64,000 nucleotides of DNA, taken from assembly GCF_963676685.1 (NCBI RefSeq), contig NC_092350.1, positions 13,516,001 through 13,580,000 on the forward strand, given 5' to 3'. The DNA comes from Mytilus edulis. Taxonomy: Eukaryota. Shown here piece after piece: positions 13,361 to 26,300 of the stretch (position 1 is the first letter of the stretch; each line of letters begins with the position of its first letter). Under the pieces are notes generated by a model. The model worked only from the letters and a program-made list of their open reading frames with translations. It ran no database searches and was not told where the DNA came from. Position numbers and translations under genes: made by a program.

Positions 13361-16300
13361 CTATACTAAAGAGATCGTTAAGACTAATCTTGATAACCAT
13401 TTGGCACACAGAAACAATAAGAAACATTTACAAAATTGGAAAAGGATTCGATCAAGCATTCTTCAGTTATTGCATTAACATAAAAAACAAATTTCAGATT
13501 GGTCAAAGGCAATAAATTCTGATAAGCAAAATTGAAAAATAGTCAAAATCAATTTTTGCTTTCCATTTTATCACAAGTAACAACAGGTTTTTAATTCAGT
13601 TTTTGCAGGAGTTCTCTAGTTATTCAACTGAAGACTCTCAACTGTTTTCGTCAAAATACAGGTACAAGACAGATTTTTTCAATTATATGTAATACATTTA
13701 TTCTGAATAAATTAACATACGGATGTAAGCTTAATTTTGATTGAAATTTCAATTTTAAAGTCATATGAAAATTCAAATTAAATAAAGATTAAGCATGTTT
13801 TTTTTATAAATTAAATGACTAGTTTATATAATAAGACTTGTGTACATATACTTTTTCTCAATAAAATTTTAAAACTAGTCAAAATTTTGAAGAAAGTTAC
13901 TTTTTTAATAGTGTGCTTCCAGTAAACAATTAGCCAATATGTTTTCGGTATGCAGTGAACTCAGCATGACCTTTCTTGTAAAAATCCAGTGATCACAATA
14001 TGCATGGATCCGTCATTTGAATAAACTATTATCTTATTGTACATGTTATGCATGTGCTCAATATCCATGATTCTCTGTTGATTGTTTACTATAAATGTGA
14101 CAATCTGTAAACTATGGTCTCAAAACATACAATTATTTTGTTTTTATGTGAATTCAAATATCAACCAACAACCAAAGATGCAGAACTGGATCTGCCTTTC
14201 AACGTTCTACTAAATATCCAATGTACAAACAAACCTTATCTTTGTGGGTCTGTTAAATGCTCAATGAAATCCATGCTATATAAATCTATATTATCAACAA
14301 TCACAAATCAGTTTCAAGTTTACTTTGAACCTACTAATTCTACAGGTGCTTTGAGTTTTGGTTGATGAACAAATACTAACATGTAAACACAATCTCAAGT
14401 TTCTTAAATCATGCAGGTCATGTTGAATATAGAATATTTGATTTATCTACCCTTAACACCATGTATTAGTATTGATCGTATGTTTAATGGGTTAAATGCC
14501 ACTTGCAGTGACCCTCGTTTTATCATGACAGTTTTTGTTTTCATGAAAGAAGTTATAATACCCAGAAGAACCACTGACCTTTGGCAGAAAAACAACAATC
14601 CTGTACAATTAATATTTGAGTTAAACACACCTCACCTGAGGGGGCTCACACTGAAAACCCTTGAATTGGAACGAATTTAAATTTGTATAAAAAAAAATCA
14701 CTCTGATTCAACTAAATGGTTCTCTGAAATTGACATCAAGTTTTGTAGGCAACATATTTGTCACATGGAAAAAATAAAAATTGTTTTCAAAATAGGAATT
14801 CCAATGGGAACTAGTGCTTCTACCTTCTGAAATAATTTTTTTTATAGAAAATTGTTTGCGTTACGTCTGCCGGAGCAATTTCCCTATGTCAACCTTTCAA
14901 CGACTTCTGACAAAAATATGAAAAAACACTAATTTAGAAAAACATATATTTTCATTCATTTCAAAACAATGTGACATAACATACATACTGTATTTTCATT
15001 CAATTTCAAACCATACACATCAACAAACATACTATTGAACACATGAAAATGACTGCACTATTTAAAAGTATAAATTCATTCCATGAAAAATATCATGAAG
15101 AAAAAAATAATCATATAAATAGCATGACTAATCATATTGTATTAAATAGTTAATTCATTTAAACTCACACAACATACTGTCTTTCAAGGGAGAATTACTC
15201 AATCAATGTTCCCTCAAATATTCGTCATGGTATAAAATTAAGTGATGCTTATTTTTTTTATTATTGAATTTACCAAAAAATGCAAATATAATCTTTAGCA
15301 ATGTCAATGCCAACTAATCCATGAAATATATTTCTGTACAAATGACTGAATTTAACAAACTTTTTCTTACTTAAAATGAAAATATTTAACTTAGTTATAG
15401 ATTATTGTTTGTCATCTCAATGAGATTGATATTATCACACCAGCAGGTACAGCAAAAGTGAGAAAAGCGATCAAGTTGAGATGACAAACAATAATATATT
15501 TATCGATACTTTACCTATCACAACTTTGTTTCTTACATTGACAACGGCACTTGCTTCTTTAGTTTCTAGTGATCATTTTTCATATCACTACTGTGCATCA
15601 GTAAGATCAAAGGAAAATTTTTACAATGGTGGAATTAAATTCTGAATTAAACCATATAAAAGAAATTGAACAGAAATATAAAATGTGATATGGTAAGAAT
15701 ATAATTAGATGATAACTCCTTTAAATTACAACCTATCTTAATAATAAATTACATATTTTAAATTATGTACAAATCATACAGAATAGCACCTTGTAGTAGA
15801 GTTTGACATCATAGAACACAACACCTAGTAAAACATGTTTTTTTACAATATAGATTTGATACAAGTCCATTACAACTAGATGGGGTAATACAGGACGAAA
15901 TTACACACAAAAATTATAAATGCTTCTTTTTCATGTTACTATTGAAAAGTTTAAATATTTGAAAATACTGATCTTGATAATATTTCAACAGGGATCAGCC
16001 TTTATGTAACAAATTAATAAAGGAGGTACCTGTACATTACAGAAACTAAGTATAGAGAAGCTAGGCATCATCATATTAGACAATTTCTAATAAAACCTTT
16101 TTAATCTTGCTGATGAAAAACTGACTTTAGGATCTATAAATGGGAAAAGATAAAATACAATTATGATCTAGATCACTGTGTACATTGAATTATAAATAGA
16201 AAAAGATATGTAAAGAAGAACACAAATGAAGTCTTCAATTTTCAGTTAATTATGCTTTCACATACATACACATACACAATTGCACATTCACATAAATCTT

Positions 16301-17364
16301 TTGAAAAAAACATTAAGGAAATCCTAGAACAAACACGATGTAATTGAAATGTCTAATTGCCAAGATTTTGAAAATCACAGTTTGTTTTTATACAGATTCT
16401 ACATTATAATCAAATGACGGTCAACATAAAATTGAGAATGGAAATGGGGGAATGTGTCAAAGAGACAACAACCCGACCATAGAAAAAACATCACAAATAC
16501 TTATATATCAAACTTAAACAACAAATAATAAGTAAATTATACAATGTAGTACAATTTATTTTTACATGCATGTAAATCATTTTTATATATATGAACATTG
16601 TCACATACTTAATATTCTCATGAATCATATTTTCGCCATAACAGTAACAATCTTTTTTTTTTATTTCATAATAGACCAATTCATGTTTAATTCAATTTAA
16701 AAGTAGACACCTTTTAAAAATCTTTTTAAACTTCAGATTCTTAAAACAATTGTTAAAAATGCTTTTAAATAAAGCACTCTTTTCATTTTTCCCAACCGAA
16801 ACTGATACTTATTAGCACTGTTATTGACAAGGCATGAGTAATTCAGATTTGATTGCATTCATCAGCATAAAAATGCACATAGTTAGATATAATAAGATGT
16901 GGTGTGAGTGTCAATGAGTGCCTATGAGACAACTCTCCATTCATAGGCCTGAGTATAAAGACAATAATTTTTCTCAAAACGTTCACCAATTAAAATAAGT
17001 ACTTTGTATTTAAATAGAGCAAAATCAAACTGTTCAAAAAATATTTCATAATTTTTAATTGTTTTCTTTCAATATTATACTGTATCAAATAATGTTCTTC
17101 TCCAAAGATATATTCTACTGTATACAATTAAGGTTTTTTAAACCAAATATTTAGTGGAAATATAAATAATAACAAATCTATTTTCATGTTTTTCTCTTCA
17201 TATGAACTTCTTTTTAATGTACTTAGAAGATTGTTGCCTTTCATTCTATGAATAATCACATGTTTTAAATATGAACAATAAACACATGGACCATATTATC
17301 ATATTTGAATCTTTTTGGATTACTGTATCAGTACAATTTTAAACATTGACATGCAAGACAACCG

Positions 17365-20300
17365 TTAAGAAGCTTGTATAACTTTGATGAAATTCTTCAT
17401 TGTCTCTACAGACTGTTGGGTTAATCTGTGTCTTTCTAACAATTCTTCTTTTCTTTGTCGTTGTTGCTGGAAAAAAAGAAATAAAAAAGTTTAATAAGGC
17501 CAACTAAAATTAATTAGTAGATTTTCATCCAAAGTTTTGAAAAAATGTGGCGGGTGGGAGGATTTTTTAAATTTTATTTAATATGAAACCTTCTTGTGAC
17601 GTGAACTTTCATATAGTTGCAAGTGTTATAATTAGCTTATACCATGTACATGTGTAAACATGTATAAAGAATCGTACATAATTTTTCAAATTCTTAAATA
17701 AATATCTCTGATTGGCAAAGACTGTTCTACATGCAATTGCTACTTTAGAAACCTATTTCCAGTAAACAGAAAAATCATGGAGAAATTCTCTATTCAGTTG
17801 GACTACTTTTTAAGCGATGGTTTGTAGTCCCTATAAAATTATACAAATGCAATGGTATTCAGCACAAGTATTGTGAATGAAATGAGAACTCAAACAGTGT
17901 TGGTAATAGTAGGGTTGTGCATTTAAGATTCTCAAGTTATGCAAGACTGAAGCAAAAACAATTACAATGTAAAACATGAAGTTGTTTAATGACTCTTTTA
18001 AGGGTATTTTTAAACAAAAACAAAAGCCATGGGTAAATCTAAAGGCTTTCTATAACACAATGTGTATGTTTGCCGACTTTTTGAACTCAATATACGGTCA
18101 CAGATCTAACAAGTTTGTGCTTTTGTCAGTTTCTTTAATCCAGTTTTTTTTTTCTACCAATGTGTTCTACAATTCTTTCGCTTTTGAAATCTTTCAGAGC
18201 CCAAATTTGCTGACACAAAGTCAATGTTTTATAAAAAAAAAATCAAGGTTTTCTAATGAAAGAAATTTCCAATTTGTGAGATACCACGATTTGCGTTCTT
18301 GGACACAATGTATTACTTGTAACCTGAATATTTCATGCCCTTCTGATAATCTATCTCTATTCTCCGTAGATGATATTGTCATCATTGAGCAGCAGAATTT
18401 GTCAACATAATCATTTTAAAGTACTCGAAACAAGAAATGTGAAAACCAAATTTGAAACAGGAAGTTCGAATGAAACGAAATTATTGACGGTTACTGGTAA
18501 CGGAAATGAACAAAATCCAGAAATTAGAGGGGCGGGCGAGGATGAAAATCTATCAATTAATTTAAATTGGCCTTAAGGAAAACAATTTAAATAAAATGCA
18601 AAAGAAAACCCTTTGAAACAAACTTGCTCACATCAATCTCTACCTTCATTTTGTCATGAAATCAACATATCAAAATTTTCAAAAGGGTTTTATCAAGTGG
18701 TCTCAAGTTATCACATGGAACCAACCAAATGAAGGTCAAATATGCCATTTTCTAATCCATGATGGACCTTCAACTCCTGAACAGCAAAAGTGTGAATGGT
18801 CAAAATTGTACTTGACCTTCTTATAGTGCAGATAGTGTATGTGTAGATGCACACAATTTTAGTAATTAAGAAATTCATACTCTATGTTGGTTGCTTCAGC
18901 AAAAGCAAAAGCAAACGCATTAACAATAAAATCTTTAAATATTGTTATTTACAAACAAAAGGCAAGACAACTTAAAACTTTAGAGATATATCTGTTACTT
19001 ACCATAAGAGTTTCATTGAGTGATTTAGTTTTATTCTCAATCATCATTTTCTCAGCCAGTAAATCAGAACTCCTCCTTTGGAGTTTTCGTTTTTCTTCCT
19101 CTTTAGCTACAATATATAAACTTCAATAAAAGCTGTCCTTTGATGAATTTCACTGCTTACTTTATCAGCAGTTGTTGTTTAGATATAAATGGTATTATTA
19201 TACCTTACATATATTTCAAACAATTCTATTGGGTGAAACATAATCACGTGACATGGAATAATTCAATTAATTTTCATTCAATTGCAAGGAAGGACGAACA
19301 ACCCTAAAAATTTACACCAGCGGTGAATAACCTTTTGAGTTTGTTTATTTGTACTTGAGTTACCTCCCATGAAAATGGCGTAAATAAACAAAATGGCAGC
19401 GTTCACGTAACACAAGAAGCCCATCGAGAGACGAGGAAATATGGCATTGAATATAAATAGAGCTGAGAGTGCCAGCAGCCGATGAAATCTCTTATAAACG
19501 GTCCTTTTCAGGGCCATCAATATTTTACAAAAAGATTCTACTTTTGTTGTAAATTTGAGAAAAACGAACACAAATGTATTTTCAAACGTCAGTCTGTGTG
19601 TTATGTTAAAAGATATAGACTAGTAAGTGTTCAAAATGCCCTTCCACTGTTAGTTCGGTATAATAAAACAATTGTGGCCCCTTGGAATCGATGAATATCC
19701 AAAATTGTCATCCCTCAAAAGTTATGCTCCCAATGAAATAACCTTCTTGTGTTGACAATTTTGGATATTCACCTCTTCAACGGGCCATAATTGTATATTG
19801 TTACTTTTTCATATCAAACATATATCACAAAGAGTGTAAAATTATAAATATTTTTTTTCCTATTGTCTGTTTACTAAATTGTTGACTTATTTCGAATATA
19901 TCACATGCAATTGTATTATATAAAAGCTTACTAATAATAAATGCTGTAGCAATTTTGTATAAAATAAACAATTTTTCTAGCTATGTTTAATATTTTAAAA
20001 TGATGTCCAATAATTCACTTAAATATGAAGATTTTCTTCACATCAAATTGCTTCATTCTAGTTTTGATGACAAAATTGTTGTTTATTAAACAAACCAAAA
20101 TAATACATTTGTCCTGTATATTGTTATTTCAGTTTTGCTAGCACTGAATATTTTATTGCCTACTTACCAGTTTTGTTGGCAATAAAGTTATGTACCATAG
20201 CCAGAGTTTCAGCAGACCAGGTACCAGATTTCCCATTGGCCTGTAATAATAACTATAGATATGAAAGTCTGTTTTGAAATTTATATTTGGTTACTTACAT

Positions 20301-23300
20301 CGGTGAAAAGCTCATTAGAGCTTATGTTTGTATTGTTTGTCAATATGCCGAATCCAAATAAAGTTTTACTTACTTACTTACTTACTTTGATTGTTGGTTG
20401 CTTACTGTCCAGTGGCAATTATTTCATGCATGTTCAGGACGATGGTTACATTTATGTATTTAATTTTGCTACATGTATTCATTTGAATCTAATAATTTAT
20501 TACACATACAATTGCCATCAAACATATTTCAGAAAATAAAAGAAAGACATTTTACATCATCAAGCAGTACAAACTTAACCATCATTGATGTATCAGTCAT
20601 GTCATATTTAGGAACTCTTTCAGCTCATGACATCTTTCAGTAAACTTGTTTGCAAACTTATTGTCTTGTATAAAATAAAACTAGAAAGATTATTTATACA
20701 TAAAAAAGAGTTAAAATACGTAAGTTTGAAAATAAGATGGGATAGCAATTATGTTTATCTAAATAAAGTGACCATATGTATTTCAAACTGTATCTTACAT
20801 GACATTTAGGACAACTCCATCTTCCCTCTGGAATGCTGGGTAATGATGGTTCTACACAATGAATATGGTAAGCTCTATGACACGTGTCACATGGAATGAG
20901 GTTATCCACCATGCCACATTTGGAACAAGACAAGTCTCTGACTTCTTGGAACTGAAAGATAAGAAGTTTATTTTCAATTCTTGTTAAGGAGAAACGTGTT
21001 AGTATCTTAGACATTATGGCAATTAAACAGTAAATTGAGTGTTTTCACATTACCTACTTTTCAGTTGTTTTAATTTTTCTCGCTGATACAGACAATTAAT
21101 ATAACATCAACTGACAAGAAGCTCCAGCGGAACTTTTGTGTTTAGAAACCTCTTCATGTCAGTTTTCTCGCTATTACTCATGTTATTTCGATGACCTTAA
21201 TTTTTGACTGAGCAAGTGACCAAGCATTTTCTTTTCCAAATTAAAGAACCTTAGTGAGCACGCTCACATACCCCACGTCCCCACATTGTCATTGGAGAAA
21301 TTAAATAAGTATAAGAAAAAAAAAAATTGTATAAGAAAAAATACTGAATAATAATTTCCTGTCAATATACACATCTACATAGTATGTCCTTATTATCTAC
21401 AAAATTTCATGAAATTCTGTTCTGTGTTTTCAGAGGAGTTGAGATGACAAACTGTTGCAGAAGTACATTGAAGCAAATAAGTTCAAAGGGGCATAACTCC
21501 TAGAAAAAAAATTGAATCGTAATTTCCTGTTGATATGCACATCTACGTAGTATGTCCTTATTATCTACAAAGTTTCATGAAATTCTGTTGTGTGGTTTCA
21601 GAGAAGTTGAGATGACAAACTGTTGAAGTAGTACCTTAAAGAAAATAAGTTCAAAGAGGTGTAACTCCTAGAAAAAAAATTGAATCGTGATTTCCTGTCG
21701 ATATGCACATCTACATAGTATGTCCTTATTATCTGAAAAGGTTTCATGAAATTCTGTTACGTAGTTTCAGAGGAGTTGCGATGACAAACTGTTGCAGTAG
21801 TACATTGAAGCAAATAAGTTCAAAGGAGCGTAACTCCTAGAAATAAAATTGAATCATAATTTCCTGTCGATATGCACAACTACATAATATGTCCTTTTCA
21901 TATAAAAAGATTTCGTGAAATTCTGTTGTGTGGTTTGAGAGGAGTTGCGATGACAAACTGTTGCAGTAGTACATTAAAGTAAATAAGTTCAAAGGGGCGT
22001 AACTCCTAGAAAAAAAATTGAATCGCAATTTCCCGTCGATATGCACAACAACATAGTATGTCCTTATTATCTGAAAAGGTTTCGTGAAATTCTGTTGTGT
22101 GGTTTGAACAGAGTTGCGATGACAAACTGTTGCAGTAGTACATTAAAGTAAATAAGTTCAAAGGGGCATAACTCCTAGAAAAAAAATTGAATCGCAATTT
22201 CCCGTCGATATGCACAACTACATAGTATGTCCTTATTATCTGAAAAGGTTTCGTGAAATTCTGTTGTGTGGTTTGAGAGGAGTTGCGATGACAAGAAACA
22301 GGACTGACAGACGGACTGACGGACGGACGGACGGACGAACGGACAGACGGGTCAAAAACATTATACCCTACGCAACTACGCAACTTCATTGCGTGGGGTA
22401 TAATAATAGCATTAATTTATTTAAAGGATCACTATGTAATAACTTACCTCAGAAGCCCCATTTTTAAAGACACCATTTTTAATGCCAGTCCAACTATCGT
22501 TACTATCTGGTGTACTTGGATGACTATTACAAGGTGAAGTACGACTTTGTTTAGGTGGTCTTCCTACAAGTAAAGAAAAAAAACATCTGTAATACTTAAT
22601 ATTGGTTTCTTACAATGAATATAATTGTTATTATCGCTATTTTGTGCATTTTTCCTTTGATCTTTTTTTGTGATAATTTTTCATATCATGCTACTCGCTT
22701 GAGATGGAAAATTATCGCTAGAAACTAAGCAGGCAAGTGGCGTTACTAACGAAATTGACAATGTCGTAATACGTAAAATAGCGATAAACAGATTATCATT
22801 GGTCATCGATCAACAATAATCTATAATTATTTTCATAAATGAAATACAGCTATATAAAAAGTGTAAAAAGTTATAAGAGATTAAAGCAAATATCCAAAAA
22901 GGGAGTGTGCAATTCCGATCTTTCGGATGTCTGATTACCACAAAATTAGTGAAAACAAAATAAGATAAATAATGGTTCATCAAAATAAATGTATCTCCTA
23001 TAATTAAACATGGTATTGTACAATATATAAACGGATACATACCTCTGGACCTTTTACCACCAGGAAGTGAATTTAATGTTAAACTATTTGGTCTCTTTCT
23101 CTGTAAAATAAAACATGTCAATTATTGCATGAGATTCTAATGAAGGGTTTTATGCACCCGTATTTCTAAACACAAAGGCAGTAAGAAATAATGCAACAAT
23201 TTCAATCTAACTTTTAAAACTGATTTTTAAGTTTTAGTCCAATATTATGTCAAGATAACACAAACACATATCAAAAACCATCGATAGAGTTTCAAAAGCA

Positions 23301-26300
23301 ACAAATATGAAATCTACCTAGCATTAAATTTCTGTTAGAAATAAAGCATTCATAAACAAAATGAAACCCAATTAAACTTTTTATGAAAAAGTCAAACAGA
23401 TTTGCAAAGATTTTGATCACAGAAAATAAAATTTTACAATAATTTATTTATGTGTAACACAATAAGCATCTAAATTCTGTAAAAAAATAACTAGACAATG
23501 AAGGTCTCTGATTAAAAGTTACCACACTGCTTAGAGAAAGATTTTTTTTAAATGTTTTATGTTTGAATTTTTTGGTGGTAGTGGACAAAGGGAAATAACT
23601 CTATCTATTTATTTTTTTATGTCACATTTTTTGTTGTTAATTGGTATAATCTATACAAAAGAAAGATGGAAAAAAATACAATCAATAAAACAATGTTTTC
23701 TGCCACTTAATGTTTATGGTTATTTAGAAATGGGTGGTTGAGGACACTCCTTAAAAAATGATAAAGATGTTGAATTTTTTTTTAATCCAGTTTGGTTTTA
23801 TCAAGTTTTTTTTTATATATCATGCATCCTCCCAAATAGACTTGATTTTTATCTCCTTGGTTACTTACTATATCTGGTTCAAAATTATACAGTGGGTTAG
23901 CAGTAGTCCTTCTTCTTCTATCATATCTTTTATTCTTCAATTCTAAAAAAAAGTGTAAATCAATAAATTACAACCTTTTCTCACATCTCAAAGTTAAAAA
24001 ATAAAACAACACAACTCTTTTGCTTTCCTAACAAAATCTGAAATTTCAAATAAAAGACAACAGTTTGTCAGGATAATATTTTACCTTCAGGATTGTTTTA
24101 TATATGTTATATATTATAATTTAATTTCAAATTAAAATACTGTACACTTATCGAACAAAAGTTAGTTCCCACTCAAAAAAAGATCTATTAATTAAGGAAA
24201 ATAAACATTAAAATCTAAACATTTCTACATCATATGGTATTTATTTGATATAAATCCGACCTGTAGTTAAAAAAATCTCAGGTGATGTAAAGTTTAAAAA
24301 AATACTGTAAATTCAGAAATTATTGCAATGTTTTTACTGCAAAAAATGTGATTTGATTTGATTTTTGGTGTTTTAAAAAGCACTTTTAAGCACCGCATTT
24401 AGGCTATTTCATGGCGACCAGTTTTTATTGGTGGACGAAGCCGGAGTGCTAAGAGAAAACCACAACCTTTGATAGGAAAACTGACAATCCTAGTCAATCA
24501 AGATTGTAGTCGAGTGCACCCGCACAAGCGGGGTTCAAACTCACAACCTCAGTGTTGACTGGCTAGTGATTACAGTAGTTACTACTTAAACCACACAGAA
24601 ACAAATGTGACAGTATCAGACAGGCAACAATGAAAACTTGCATTATTTATTGTGAATTTCCTTCACAAAAATTTTGCAGTTTTCCATAAAAAAATTATGA
24701 TTTAAAGCATTATAATTAGCTATAACATGTAGTTAAATTATACTTGCCATTTAATGCTTCCCTTGTTATAAGTTCTAGAGCACTCATAAAATTCAGTTTC
24801 TGAAAATATATTGTGAAATTCAAATATGAGTATATATTATTTTAAAATCTTTATAAAAAAAAACCATATTCAAAATGTTAGGTACATCTATTCTTGCATT
24901 TGCAGGACTTTTTTTATGTTTACTCTATTGCCAAGCAAAGATATATGCACTGCTCCTAATAATATGCAATACTCTTGCAATTCAAAACAAAAGAAAACAA
25001 GTGAAACTGCGAGCTACTGCTCACTGATGATAGCCCTGCCGCAAGAGGATAATATTAATAGTGTAAAAATATGCAAGTGTTCGGTAAACAGGAAGTTGTC
25101 GAGTGATGAATCTGAAAACGCATCACACAGTAAAGCTGACTTATATAAATCCTGAAACCAAATTTCAGAAATCCTTGTATTGTAGTTCCTGAGAAAAATG
25201 TGACAAAAATTTTCAACTTGGCTATCATGTGTAAAATCATACAAGTGTTCGGTAAACAGGAAGTTGTCGAGTGATGAATCTGAAAACGCATCACACGGTA
25301 AAGATGACTTATATAAATCCTGAAACCAAATTTCAGAAATCCTTGTATTGTAGTTCCTGAGAAAAATGTGACGAAAATTTTCAATTTGGCAATCATGTGT
25401 AAAATCATACAAGTGTTCAGTAAACAGGAAGTTGTCAAGTGATGAATCTGAAAACGCATCACACGGTATGGCTGACATATATAAATGTTGATACCAAGTT
25501 ACAGAAAGGGTGGATGTGTAGTTCCTGAGAAAAATGTGATGAAAGTTTTGTGGGACGGACTAACTGACGGACGGACGGACTGACGGACGGACTGACGGAC
25601 GGACTGACAGACAGAGGTAAAACAGTATACCCCCCCTTTTTTAAAGCGGGGGTATAATTAATAACTGTCAATTTAGATTTTTTTCATTCTTCTATGTCAG
25701 CAAAATAAATGACAACATATAATAAGTAATAATCTAATCAATAAGATTTGGCTTAAAAGTCATCTTATTTGTAAGCCACAAAAAGGTATTAAATAATGTC
25801 ATACATGATACAATTGTGAGGTGAAAGAAGGGTTGTCATCCCTAATTTCTGATAAAACACTAAATCCAGGATCTAAAAAATATAATCATTATTTCCTGTG
25901 TCCTGATAAGTGTAAATCCTGAATTGCCAAAAAAAATATATTTAATTCTGACACCCCAAGATTTATTGTTTATTTGTCAACAGATCTAACAATAAATGCT
26001 TGCAAAAAAGTAAATTTACTACTAGCTACACTAAAAATTTCAAAGTCTTTAATTCTTGCTACATATATATGCAAGTTATTCCTGTTCTAAGAATTTAACT
26101 TCCATATCTACAGTAGCGTTGATTCATGGTTATACTACAATGTAAACGAATAACTTGATATACCTCTTTTTCTTCTGGAGTTGGTTTTTTATCAACAGTT
26201 CTGTCACCAAGATCATCAGATGAAGGTTGCCTCTGTATTGATGTAGAGGAGGACGACTTAGAACTACCCTGAAACAATATCAATTTACGGAAATGTTGCA

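Noticed and set aside
14720-14830. GIPMGT-like motif suggesting a Penelope RT fragment
   Set aside because: Too short and degraded to support as a feature.
8241-17364. Many short ORFs between SLC45A3 and PHF21
   Set aside because: AT-rich with low-complexity translations and no domains; consistent with long convergent 3' UTRs, intergenic DNA and repeats.
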